A stretch of 62,412 bases of DNA, the filler included, from Collodictyon triciliatum (lineage: Eukaryota): the NCBI GenBank assembly GCA_043381765.1. It is 24 parts of 24 records of this genome, joined end to end, with 100 filler letters (N's around TTAATTAATTAA, not from the genome) between each part and the next. Parts side by side here need not be neighbours in the genome. Positions count along the whole stretch, not along the records: positions 46,743 to 49,269 come from JBHJMP010008719.1; positions 49,370 to 51,896 come from JBHJMP010008720.1; positions 51,997 to 54,523 come from JBHJMP010008721.1; positions 54,624 to 57,164 come from JBHJMP010008722.1; positions 57,265 to 59,789 come from JBHJMP010008723.1; positions 59,890 to 62,412 come from JBHJMP010008724.1; 18 more parts are not named here. One strand, 5' to 3'. This document shows positions 47,377 to 59,891 of this stretch, piece by piece (positions within the stretch are counted from its first letter, which is position 1; each line of letters opens with the position of its first letter). The translations under genes and the position numbers were made by a program. The notes beneath the pieces are model-generated. The model was given only the letters and a program-made list of their open reading frames with translations, was not told the origin of the DNA and ran no database searches.

Positions 47377-47768
47377 GATTGAATCTTCTCCTCTTGCTGC
47401 AATATAATACGAAAAGATAGCAGACAAAACGATAAACAAGAAAACAACAAGCCAGCTAATAAATATGTTCCGATGCCTCTTTGGTATTTCATAATCCAGA
47501 TTTTCCTAGTAAAAAACATATTATTTTAAATATTTATGAGTAAAATTTCAGATTATTATCATTATGTAAAAGTTTTGTCCTTAAATGATGGTCTTGGGCT
47601 CACTGGTATAGTAGGATTGTAGAGGTATTCATGCAAATCGTTTTGTTCCCTTCTATCCTTTTGAACGAACCATATCCTTGACGAAAATATGAAAATTTAG
47701 ATAGATGATTTCCTGGTGTTCATTAAATTGAAAAATTATTAATCAATATTACTAGAGCGAGTCGTTCA

Positions 47769-47866
<98 letters not shown>

Positions 47867-48910
47867 CATTTTAGTAAAATATAAAATGAAAAATATTTCT
47901 AGATATTAGGTCCTTACGAGAAGATAAACCAAATAATAAAGATGACTAATGTAGTTCCCACCCATGCTCTGTAAATATCTGGGCTATATGAACCCAGAGT
48001 CATGAACTGTAAAATAAGATGAAGTTAATATCAGGTATATTGCTGGTATGATACCAATCTATCTTAAATGACCTCAAGAGTAGAAAATTGTGATCGATCG
48101 TCGTTTCTTAAATGATAACCGAAGCTTATCATGGCTATGATACACATTTTTCTGGATTAGAATCATTTCATTATCGCACAATTAAAAAAAAAAAACATAT
48201 GCGAAGCAATGTTTTAATTGGATTGTAGACTTACAAATAAGACACATCAACAAGTTTAGTATGATGGTGTAAAGCACGAAATTGAAATGGCTTTTGTATC
48301 CAAGGTTTTCCTGTCCGGATATACTGTTTCCCAGAAAGAGTAAATAATTTACTTTTATTCAACTCAACGAGGTGATGAGACATATATATACTGACTCAAT
48401 TTCCCACAAGATAAGATAGTTAAAATAACAATCATAATCATAATAAAATTCAAATAATGCAGCTGGATTAAATATGAATTTTTTTTTTAAAAAATACTGA
48501 CTCTTTCATAAACCATCCAAGAACTCTCGACATAATAGAAGAATTTTCTCTGGCCTCGAGTCTATCCCACAATAGATAGTTTCAAAAAAAATAACGAGAG
48601 GTTGAATTATGGGCGATTGGGAATAGTTACTTCATTGGATCCATTTACTGGTTCAATGTCTCATTTTATTTTATTTAAGCTTCGAGATTGTAATACTTAC
48701 AAGGACGATTTGTCCTGTTCAAAAGGATAAACAACGCCCTCATTCGCACTTGCATCTCTTTATGAATTTGTGAAGGCATTGATTATTTGAATAGAATGTA
48801 CATATTAGTAAGACGCATAAAATAATAATTAAAAATAAGAATGATAAATGCAACATACATATCAATGTCGCTCATGACTGTAATATTTTTCTTCTTCAAG
48901 TAACTGTAGA
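47377..48910 (-). CDS. Many-exon multi-pass membrane protein, possibly TMC-like
   Basis: Short GT-AG exons: LGYKSHFNFVLYTIILNLLM, WVGTTLVIFIIWFIF and NIFISWLVVFLFIVLSAIFSYYI. Confidence 0.4.
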
Positions 48911-49827
48911 AATGAATTCTAAGAAGGAAGAAAAACATATGAGATATTGCTGATGTAAGCATTTGTAAAGTTTATTGGGTTATGTTCATAACAAAACATC
49001 AAAAAACTGGGGGTTTCTCAGCGGAATTAACACCCTATAGCTTTGGCGCAATCTTTTATTTTATTTCTTGTAGCGATTTCAACTTCCTTACGCCATTGAG
49101 ACTTAAATAATCGAACTGAGTAATATGAATAAAACCATGATAACAAACCACAATTAACCATATAATAAATCCAATAAAAAACCAATAAAAAACCAATAAA
49201 AAACCAATAAAAAACCAATAAAAAACCAATAAAAAACCAATAAAAAACCAATAAAAAACCAATAAAAAANNNNNNNNNNNNNNNNNNNNNNNNNNNNNNN
49301 NNNNNNNNNNNNNTTAATTAATTAANNNNNNNNNNNNNNNNNNNNNNNNNNNNNNNNNNNNNNNNNNNNTTTGTTTTTTTGTTTTTTTGTTTTTTTGTTT
49401 TTTTGTTTTTTTGTTTTTTTGTTTTTTTGTTTTTTTGTTTTTTGTTGGTTATTTACCATATTTTTATCAGAACTGTACCAGATCACCAGATCACTTAGTT
49501 CGATCAAAGTGCTGGGTGATGTTGTGGCGCGGCAGTGCTATCCGTTTTGGACAGAAAAAAGACCTATTGAAGCAACTTTGAATAGAAACTCTTTTTCTGG
49601 AATCAATCGTGAGCGTTCGCAGTAATCCTGTAAGTGGTATGCGTTCTCATGTAGGTCACAAGCACTCCTACTTGGAGATATCTGAAATAGCGATGGAACA
49701 AGGTTGTCACGCTTCAATCCTGTTGTTGAGTCGGTAACTCAGCGGGTTTATTCGTATACCAGAAGCAGTAACCACCCTTCCATTGGCAAACTTGGTTCGC
49801 TAGTATCCACGGTCCCACCACTTTTTT

Positions 49828-50118
49828 CTATAAAGATTGCGTAGTGGTGAAGGCTGCCAGGAAAGACTCAGCAGCATGTTTTTTTGTTTTTTTTAGAGGA
49901 AGGTGTATGTTTTCTTTTTGAAGGATTAAAAATACTTTATCGAGTATATTTTTAGCGTTGTTAAAGTCCCTCGTCAAGGATACAGTTTGTTTGCTTTCTG
50001 AGCGATTGAATTCTTTAGATGAGACATCTATGTACAGTTTTTTGAATTTACTTTCAGTGACATGTATTCCAGTTCTTTTTCGCAGTTGCAACACATCTTG
50101 GAGTTCTTAACTCTACAC
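49828..50118 (-). pseudogene. Fanzor/TnpB-like RNA-guided nuclease C-terminal remnant (RuvC-II, Zn finger, RuvC-III)
   Basis: Across frameshifts: E-L-R-T/S-K-M-C-C-N-C, V-H-R-C-L-I, RSESKQTVSLT-R-D-F-N-N-A-K-N-I-L. Confidence 0.72.
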
Positions 50119-50119
50119 C

Positions 50120-51896
50120 AGCTGTTTCGCTCTTCGATCCCTTGGGCAGAATAACAACTCACTCGAACGCACAAGAATCGAGTACACAACTCGACCAAGG
50201 CCCCTCGGCCACACCCTTCCGCCAATCAAAGAGAGCCCAGGAGCAGAACCTGTACGGAGCCGGCTGCTACGTCCACCTTCGAGGTAAGCACAAACTGCCC
50301 CAGAACCACGAAGCCCGCAACCAAGCGAAGAAAGAACTCGCCCAAGTCCTTAAACAACTCAAGTGCTACGAGGAGAACGTGATCATGCAACTGTACAGTC
50401 AACCCCAAGAATACACAGTAGCCTTCCCGCACCAAGAAAAAGCCGCAGAGTTTGTCAAGGCAAGACATTTTAAACTACTTAACTGCTCTTTCCGCCCATA
50501 CCAAGAGAGGCCACCTCTCCACTCCGCTATCATCGGAGATATTCCCCCCAGGCTTCACCAAGGCAGACATTGAAGAGGCCTGCAAAGTATTATTTTCGCC
50601 TACCATAGTTTACTACGAATCTGTGGACGATATCTGGACCAATGACGCGCTAGTCAAGTTCCCGGTATCAGAACTGTCCAAAGTGCCAGAAAAGAAAATA
50701 AACTTGCAAGGATTCCTCGTCCCCTTCATACTCCTCCCCGAACGGAAGGAGAAGCCCAAACACGATACCAAACATGACAAGCACCAGGGTAAATACCACG
50801 GTAAACCCAACCGCAAACCCTCGCAACCCACGCAGTCCAGGGGCGAAAGACGGCCCAACCCTCCGGGCACCATCACCCGAAGCCATGGAAGACGAGGACG
50901 ATGAACCGCCTCAGCCCATTACCGCCACCCAACCAAGAAGCTCCTCGCAAGGAACTCCCACAGAAAGTAAATGAAACTTTGGGAATGCGCATCATCCTGA
51001 AATCAACCGCACAAACAGAACAAGGCTCGGCTTCTTCTTCTGGAAGAACCCCTGAGAGGAAGACGACTACACCAAATACACCAACAGCAAACCTGAGCTC
51101 CAAACCCCAATCTAAACCACCGAGAGTAGAAAGGCCTTCATCAGAGCCTCAATCCAAGTCGACTAGATAACCAAACATAACCAACTTCATGCTCCATAGG
51201 AGCCCTGGCGTGACTCCAGCAAAGCGCGTGCAGAAATCGAATAGCCCTAAAGAAGCAAACTCCAGCAACGACTCGCTCTATCTCTCACCTGCGTCCCAAG
51301 AGACAGGGACTGAACCAGGAACACCCCAGAGCAGCGTCAGCTTCACACCGAAATTCCCAAGATTCGAGGGCGCCCCTAACAAAACAAACTACCAGCATGC
51401 TACAACTCTCATGCGTACTGCTCGCACAAACCCTAGCCCAAAAAGAGCGAGCACAGAGCTGACAGCCTCGCCGGAAAACACACAACTTCCCACCGCAGAG
51501 GCCGTAGCGTCACCCGCACAACACACAAGGAAACTATCAGCGCCAAAATTGCGAAAGATGCATGCTGAGATACCAAGAATAACTTCCGAAACAAATACAA
51601 CAACCATAGCCACAGAAACACCCACAACCGCCACGACCGAGTCAACACAGATATCCGCAAACACAACTGAACGCAACGAGAGCGATGCTGCTCTCACGGA
51701 GGGTCCTCCCTTCACCCATTAATAACAGACCATGCGTTTCGGCGTTCTGTCATGGAACGCTAGGGGGATTAACGACCCCCACAGGCGGAAAGAGGTTTAC
51801 AAGACAGCTCTTTTCACCCACGCGGATATCATCTGTCTTCAAGAGACGTGGCAGAGCCCTGAGACCCAATCTACTGACTTCGGGTGGAAGGGCCCT
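50120..51896 (+). mobile_element. L1/Tx1-like LINE, second family: frameshifted ORF1 (to 51722) and start of the ORF2 APE endonuclease (51732)
   Basis: ORF1 is homologous to 13440-13930 (C.V.LRGK, KCYE, VAFP, FKLLN, IP.G, NDALV). ORF2 begins MRFGVLSWNARGIN..DIICLQET. Confidence 0.9.
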
Positions 51897-52116
51897 NNNN
51901 NNNNNNNNNNNNNNNNNNNNNNNNNNNNNNNNNNNNNNNNTTAATTAATTAANNNNNNNNNNNNNNNNNNNNNNNNNNNNNNNNNNNNNNNNNNNNCTTC
52001 TTTTTCTTCTTTTTCTTCTTTTTCTTCTTTTTCTTCTTTTTCTTCTTTTTCTTCTTTTTCTTCTTTTCTTCTTCTTTTCTTCTTCTTTTTTTTAACTTTG
52101 TTCATTTGCTCCATCA

Positions 52117-52994
52117 GAACTGAGCAACTTTCTCGTGAGCAAAGACTCAGAATTATGGGGGTACTGGAGGAGTCTAGAAAACAATCTTGGGAAAGATTAA
52201 CTCGGGTATGGCACGCCATATTTTAAATTACAATGTAAAGGTTTACAGAGTAGCTTTGGGCTATTCTATTCGAATAAATACAAAGTAATGACTTTTAAGT
52301 TACAGGAAAAACAAATGCTGTATTGAAGATCAATAAAAAAAAAATTTTAGTGTTTTTAATTCTATTTTTTTATTAAAAAAAAACCTCGATGAATAAACAA
52401 ACTGGCAAACATAGTCTCGTCGTGAAAAGCTTACCATGTTTATGAGTGAATCGTCCCAGAGAGCCAAACTTAGAGATCAATTAATGAGGTAAATTTTTAA
52501 TGTATGATTCTGCCTGCTTTCTCTGTTAAAAAGAATGATTATCTAACAAGCAAAGATATCCTGCTCCTGCCTATCATTTATTCTAAGTTGCTATTTTCTC
52601 GCGCAAAACCAACAAGGTCGCGCATGGAAGAAGAGGCCTTGCTTACGGTGGAATCAGAAACACGACGACAAAATGCTGCAACTGATTTAGAACAGGATAA
52701 TATTCGGGTAAAAATATACGCCAATAATATAGTATATGGTGAAACCATGGGCCATTTCTTTGGTCTCTAGTAAAGGAACCATTTTAATCATTCTCCTCTT
52801 ATAGTTTTTCGATGGAATTCAGCAACAATTGGAATCGTCTCATTTAGAGAAGGAAAAAACAGATGAAAGGCTGTTTGCGATCTGGCGTTCAGAAGATGCT
52901 GAAAGAAGAGCCAGAATGGAGGTTCGTTTTGCGTGCTCATTTTTTATCGTCGAAAATATTTGTTTATTTATTAAATTGTTTATTTATTAAATTG

Positions 52995-53061
<67 letters not shown>

Positions 53062-54391
53062 NTATTATTATTATTATTATTATTATAACCGCATTACTGG
53101 TGAATTTGGAGCTATGATTTTGAAATAAAAATTATAGTTAGCCGTTTTGGTTCCTCAGTAGTTTACCTGACTTTTACATTATTTTACATTTTGTATCTAG
53201 CTTTAACGCGTAAATTATTTCACTAGCTTTTAAGAGACAAGCAAGAAAAGAAGAAACAGCTGGATGAAAATTTGTCTATCCAGCGCCAAATAAACGATCA
53301 AAAATTAATCGATGATGCTAGTAGAGACATAAAGCTGATAGAGGTTTAAAATACCTCCAATAGTGCGATATATGCACAAATCAAATAATTGACATCACAT
53401 GTATTATGCGCATCCTTTATTGATGCAAATCACAGTGATTTTCCACCTTTATTGGATTCAAAGATGCAAATTGTTATGATGAATGTAATTATATTTCTTC
53501 GAATGGCAGCTTCCTTCCTTTACCTTATCCTAATTTCTTTGTGCTATAACCATTGTATGACCTAGATGGCAAGTCGTAGACGGCAACGTCAATACGCGGA
53601 AGACGAAGTCAATCGCCTGGCGGCAGATTTAGATAACATTAAAGTACTTCTTATAATTTACCAAATGTTGTCTGGTGCTGTTCCTCTTTTTTTTTTATTT
53701 GAAATTATTGCTGGCAATTCTTATCGTCAGTAGGCATCATTATTTTATTGTTTTAAACGTCATTGTATGTATATAAGAAACTTGAAGCTCTCAGAGAGAT
53801 GGAGGACACTCAGAGGAGAAAGACTCTGTTGGGGCAAGAAACGATGTGGAGAGAGGAAAGAGGTTAGAAACATCCCAACCGACTTTTTTTTTTAACATGG
53901 CTACGACGGGTTTCAAACTCTACCAGCTGCACCATAAATTCATAATGTAATTAGAAACTATTTGTTTTTTCGATATGAAAAAGACATGGAACGCTTGACT
54001 GCATTTGAAACCGAAAAAGAAAAGCATCACCAATTCAATGAACTTAGAAATCGCCGAATTGAAGGTTTGTTGTTTATATTTAACTTGACTACATTTATGC
54101 TCTCTTATCTTAAGTGGCGGAGTAGTCGGTTTCTATTGATTTTTGTTCTTTATTTTTTTTAAATGATTGAGATAATCTGACTTGCGAGTGTTTAGTATTT
54201 CTATTTTTTTATTTTCCCATGGTTATTATCATGTAAAAACTTGTAATGTATGTCAAATTATTAGTAACTTTAAATCATAGAAATGGAACGTGGCTTTAGA
54301 AGGCAACAATTTGAAAATGAGCTTTTGGCTCAGAGGAAGAAGCATGCAATATTGACCATGCAAGAAGAGCGAGAGATGCAGAAGGCATTGA
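52117..54391 (+). CDS. Long E/R/K/Q-rich coiled-coil protein, about 10 short exons
   Basis: GT-AG exons such as MEEEALLTVESETRRQ, LLRDKQEKKKQLDENL and EMERGFRRQQFENELL. Family not assigned. Confidence 0.65.
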
Positions 54392-54443
54392 TGGTGGCGG
54401 GGATATTTCTATATATAATGAAATTTTTATCATAATTGTTTGC

Positions 54444-54523
<80 letters not shown>

Positions 54524-54623
54524 NNNNNNNNNNNNNNNNNNNNNNNNNNNNNNNNNNNNNNNNNNNNTTAATTAATTAANNNNNNNNNNNNNNNNNNNNN
54601 NNNNNNNNNNNNNNNNNNNNNNN

Positions 54624-57164
54624 ACCAATACACTCCCATGCCAGCCAAAACTGTCACAAAGGTTGCGCACCTGTCTAACATACCGCTGGGTGTCAGCTGG
54701 ACTGACATTTTCGAAGCCTGCAGCGAATACTTCACCCCAATCAATGTCAACTGGACAAAGCCTGGAGGAATATGCATGAATGATGCACTCGTTACATATG
54801 ACAAAGAACAGGAAAAATTGGAGAAAATGCCTACCTTTGTCGTCATTCATGGCAGACGCTGTCGCGTGGAGATACGCGCCCTCAAAGAGCCTGACATCCC
54901 ATCAACTATCCCCAACAAATAAGGGAATGACAAAAAAGGTCAAACCACAAAAAATCACCACCAATCAAGCGGCCACCAACAAACAAAACACCGCCACTCG
55001 CTTCTCAGGCTTCCACACAAAAGTAGCCGACTTTTGCGCTAAAGACTGGCCAACCGTGCAGGAATCGTCTGTGTAAAACAAGTCCAGAGCCCACAAACAA
55101 GGCCAAAGGCAACACGCGTCGTCCTCTAATGCCAGAGGGAGAAATCGCGACAAGACATCGCGGATGAAGTGCTCGAAGCCTCAATCAAGACAAAGGTTCA
55201 GGACGGCCCCAAAATCAAGAAATGGATAGCGAAATAATGGACGAAACACCAGGCGATTTTCCCGAAAGCGCTTCATCAAGTTCACCATTGAACACAGAGG
55301 AAGCAGTATCAATAGTGGAATGGCTTCAAAGTGGAGGAGAATTCGATAGCCTCAAAGATTCCAACCTCCTCAAGCCGATAATATCTCACCAAGCTCACCT
55401 TCAAATCATGGAGAGGATGCCGAGGAAAGGGAAGCCTAAGCCAACTCGGTAACAGAATCGGGAAACAGCATAATGGCACCCAGAAAACCACACCCGCCTA
55501 CCTCCTTAGAGGGCATGACTCCTGGAACCACCCAAGAGACTCTTTCTTCAGCAAGAACTGCGGAATCCATAAGAAGCGACGTCCCACACTCGGGATTGGA
55601 AGAACAACAGTCCATCCAACCTGTCGTCATCATAGAAGGTTCTGCTGAAGAAGAAAGTGAGCACCTTGAAGTCTCGGGGTCGACAAATTACTCCTCAAGT
55701 ACCGTTTATGGGAGCATACCTACTGTCGAAACTCTTGCGACTTTCCAGCGGGAAACACTTTCCAACGCAAAAAAAAAAAGAACCATAGACGAATATAAAA
55801 CACTGGTTACTCATCCTGCAATCACTGGCTCACCAAAAAAAAAAAAAATCGAAACAGGCGAAGATAAAGCATCGCCTGAGGAAAAGAGAATGAATCAGTC
55901 AAGTACAACATCGAATATAGCGAGCCAGAGAGCAAGCCAGAATGAAAGCGGAAACATGGGTTGCCCTGCCTACCGCGTGGATGAGGGGGAAAAATTGGAA
56001 CCGAGGACACTGATGACCAACAGAGTGCATCTCCCAACGCACCAGCTACAAAGAGGGTGCAGCCAAAAGCCCAAGACCATCCGACAAATCCTGACCGAGC
56101 CGCGAGCAATCATAACACCGGCCAAATGAAGGACAACTCGAGTAAACCATCCCACTCCGAGCAACCCAGCTCCAGCGGAGAGGGCCAACCACCGGAGGCT
56201 ACGGCCTCCAAAAGCCAATAGACTTTATATGCGTTTTAACGTTCTGTCGTGGAACGTTACGGGGATTAACGACCCCCAAAAAAGAAAAGAGGCCCTAAAC
56301 ACTGCTCTTTTCTCTCATGCAGATATCATCTGCCTCCAAGAAACATGGCTCAGCCCTGATAATCTAACCAATGATGAAATATGGAAACGTCCATAAATGT
56401 GCTCCTGTGGCGATAATCAACAGAGACATACAGGTGTAGAAATTTTATGCAAGAAATGGATAGCCAAACTCAATCCTCGCTTCAGAGAGATAATTCCTGG
56501 CCGTTGGATAAGTCTCGATATCAGAATCGATGGAGCTGACACTCGCATAATGACGACATACATGTCGCTCCAAACAGCAGGTTCAAATACAAGAATACAC
56601 GAGTATGAGCTTATCTCTAAGGAGATGGAGTCTGCGAAACGTATCATCATATGTGGAGACTTCAACGCTCTTCTTGATGCCAGCACCTAGTGGCCTGGGT
56701 CTTCGACATGCAATGACAAACCTTTCGTCGACTGGACAACCAGGCACAAGCTGCAAGACTTCTGGAAGACGCTCAATCCTCACTCTCTAGGAGCAACGTG
56801 CAGAAGACACACAAAAAGCGGCTTCACGGAGCAGAATCGATCGCCTCTTCTGCTCAAGGGACTTGCATGCGTGGTTCAAGAAACTCAAAACAGTCTATTA
56901 TGCGCTTTCCGACCACAGTGCTATCCTGGCTAACATCGATTCAGCCGGTGGCTGTGAATGGCAGGCGAGGTATACAGACTGGAGGGCATACAATGACTCC
57001 AAGTCGATAGAAGACATACAAAACAAGCTCAGGGCTTACTTCAACACCCCGGGTGATGCGCCCATCGAGGCGGAATGGCCTGTACTCAAAAAGCAGCTTT
57101 CTATTCTTCTTATCCAAAAGTCGAGCTGGTTTAAAAATAAGGATGGAGAGGAGCGGAAGAAGCT
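54624..57164 (+). mobile_element. L1/Tx1-like LINE: degenerate ORF1 plus APE endonuclease (ATG 56229)
   Basis: SWNVTGIN, DIICLQET, GDFNA, RIDR and SDH motifs, with in-frame stops and frameshifts. Colinear with 13668-15188. Confidence 0.93.
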
Positions 57165-57940
57165 NNNNNNNNNNNNNNNNNNNNNNNNNNNNNNNNNNNN
57201 NNNNNNNNTTAATTAATTAANNNNNNNNNNNNNNNNNNNNNNNNNNNNNNNNNNNNNNNNNNNNTTTTTTTGTTTTTTTGTTTTTTTTGTTTTTTTTGTT
57301 TTTTTGTTTTTTTGTTTTTTTTGTTTTATGAGAATCGAACAAGGGAAAAATCTGTGTGTCTTATGGCATTCGTGGACGCGTTGGACAAAGAGGACAGCAG
57401 GCGCCAACCAGACTCAGCCAGAGGGAGTTTGAGAGAGCGCACTGGGGCTGCGTCTTTGGTGTAGTTCAGACAAGGAAAGACCTCCTCTGAAAGTGACACA
57501 CACATACACCCATGACAGAGCAGGGTTGAATACGTCTGCCTCCCTCCCCTATGCACAGACATTACGATATGGATGTCCTTTCTTAAACTCAAAGTATGTG
57601 TCGCTTAGGTAAATGGCCACAGAGCCGACTTTGGCCGAGAGTGCGAGACCCGGCGGGACAAAGAGTATGACAAACAGTTTGGTAAGTTTTGGTATACAAC
57701 ACGAACCACCATGACCCTGCTCGGGTCCAAGAGCAATCATACACGCCCGAGTGAAAGTATCGCACGGAGTGGTAAGGTTATCTGGGGAATCATACGGGGC
57801 CTGCCTCTGTCAGCTCTGCAAAGTGTTTTATGTCCTTACATACGCAACCCTCTTACTCAGATGAATGGAACCTGTTGTAGAAATGTGTAGTCATCATATT
57901 CTCTACCTCATGGTTATTTCTTTCTTCGCTTCCCTTCAAG

Positions 57941-59631
57941 ATCGAGGAGGGGCCCCCTGAAAGCTTTATATATCAGTCATCCCTCCAGTCCAGTTTGGAG
58001 ACTGCCTGGGGAACTAGCTTCAACCACATCAATCCTGCCTTGCACAATCACTTTGTGGTAGTCGGAGGCAACGTGGTTTGTTTTATATTTTTCTATAATA
58101 TAGCTCTTTCAATATATTTTGAAACTAGTATGCTATACTTGATCCCAGACATAAGTGTTTGTGTGTAAAAGGCCGAGGTTTTTCAGTGTATTGGTAACGA
58201 CTTGCGCAGAATTCGCCTTTATCGTTCGCTATCAGTAAGTTTTTTTTTCCTTCATAATTATTCGCCACTATACGCTCTACGAAGGTGTATATTTTTGCGT
58301 GGCGTGATTGTCCAAATGATTATGTGATATCTGCTGGTCTAAATATCTCATCATATCATTAATCGAAACAAAAGACAGATGAAGACCTGTATGCTGCTTG
58401 TTGGCTCTATGACCATGTTTCAAAAGCCAACTACATAGCATTTGCCGGAAATGCCAGAGTGATCCGCGTCGTTAACTTTGATATCATCGGGTCAGACTGG
58501 AATCCTGACAATCCAAATCACTGTAAGGTATGGAGATCCGATTCCTAATAATACGATTTTCGAAGAAAAATATAATGATTTTTTTCATATTTATGGGCTG
58601 GCATATTTATCAGAAAAGGCTCAATAATGAACTGGTGTTTGTAATATCTTTTTAATCAACCCATACTAAAATACAAACATGAAAAATGCTCATAAAAACG
58701 TTTTATGTAAGGATTTGTACGGCCATATGGATAGTATAAATGATCTTAAGACCCACCCCTTCAACTTTGATGTTTTCTTGTCGGTTAGTGGAGATAACTC
58801 TGTAAGGATATGGAACTTGAGATGTAATAATTGTTTGGTGGTTATGGCCGGCCTCGAAGGCCACAAAGCCCGAGTAATGGCTGGGGTACTTTGCTAAATT
58901 TAAAAATGCATTTGAACTATCTGAATTTAAAATATTGACAATCATCGATGTATTTCCTCTTTATTAGATTCAAATATTGTCGAACGTCATTGATGAGGTA
59001 TTATTTAGGATTGGCATCAAAGTGGCGAGAAAATCGTCAGCGGAAGCCACGACCGTCATGTGAAAATTTGGAATTTAAGCCCGGAAATGATATCTGCACT
59101 CACCACCCAGAATGGTCATTATTTTTCTGATAAACTAGTGAATATCTTGAAAGTCTAATTCATGTTTGTGTTTAAAAATATTTAATCGAAAGAAAACGAT
59201 GAAATAATCAATATTCACAATCTTACTCGATTCTAGGTGAACCCTTTGCCCAAAGGCGTCCTATATATCATGGTTTAGTTGAATTTACTACGAACCGTAT
59301 ACACTCACAAAGCGTTGATGACGTACTCTTCGTGGGCGACTTTGTATTTAGCAAAGGTCCTGGTCTGTACCCGGCGCTTTGGGAACCTCTTTCCCCCGAG
59401 ATTGGAGTTAGTTGTCTCCTCTTTGCTTTCATCACGACCTTTTTGAAATCGCCATTTCATCTTTGAAAAGAAAAAACGCATGTGATCTTAATTTTCAAAT
59501 TTCCAGATTATTTTCTCATCCAATATATATTTCCAAGACAACAAATGTATTTCAGAGGTACTGTATTCGGGTGCAAGGAGAATACTGGTTTAAGTTGGGA
59601 TACGATTGGAAAAGGACAACCATATCATTTG
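57941..59631 (+). CDS. EED: Polycomb PRC2 WD40 subunit EED/ESC/FIE, internal exons
   Basis: FVVVGGN, DEDLYAACW, AFAGNARVIRV, GHMDSINDLKTHP..LSVSGDNSVRIWN..AGLEGH, IHSQSVDDVLFVGDFVFSK and YWFK. Confidence 0.88.
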
Positions 59632-59891
59632 GTGTGATGGCAGAAAAAAATCGAAATTTTGATGAAAAGAATGCTTTTTTTTGTTTTTTGTTTTTGTTTT
59701 TGTTTTTTTGTTTTTGTTTTTTTGTTTTTGTTTTTTTGTTTTTGTTTTTTTGTTTTTGTTTTTTTGTTTTTGTTTTTTTGTTTTTGTTTNNNNNNNNNNN
59801 NNNNNNNNNNNNNNNNNNNNNNNNNNNNNNNNNTTAATTAATTAANNNNNNNNNNNNNNNNNNNNNNNNNNNNNNNNNNNNNNNNNNNNAA

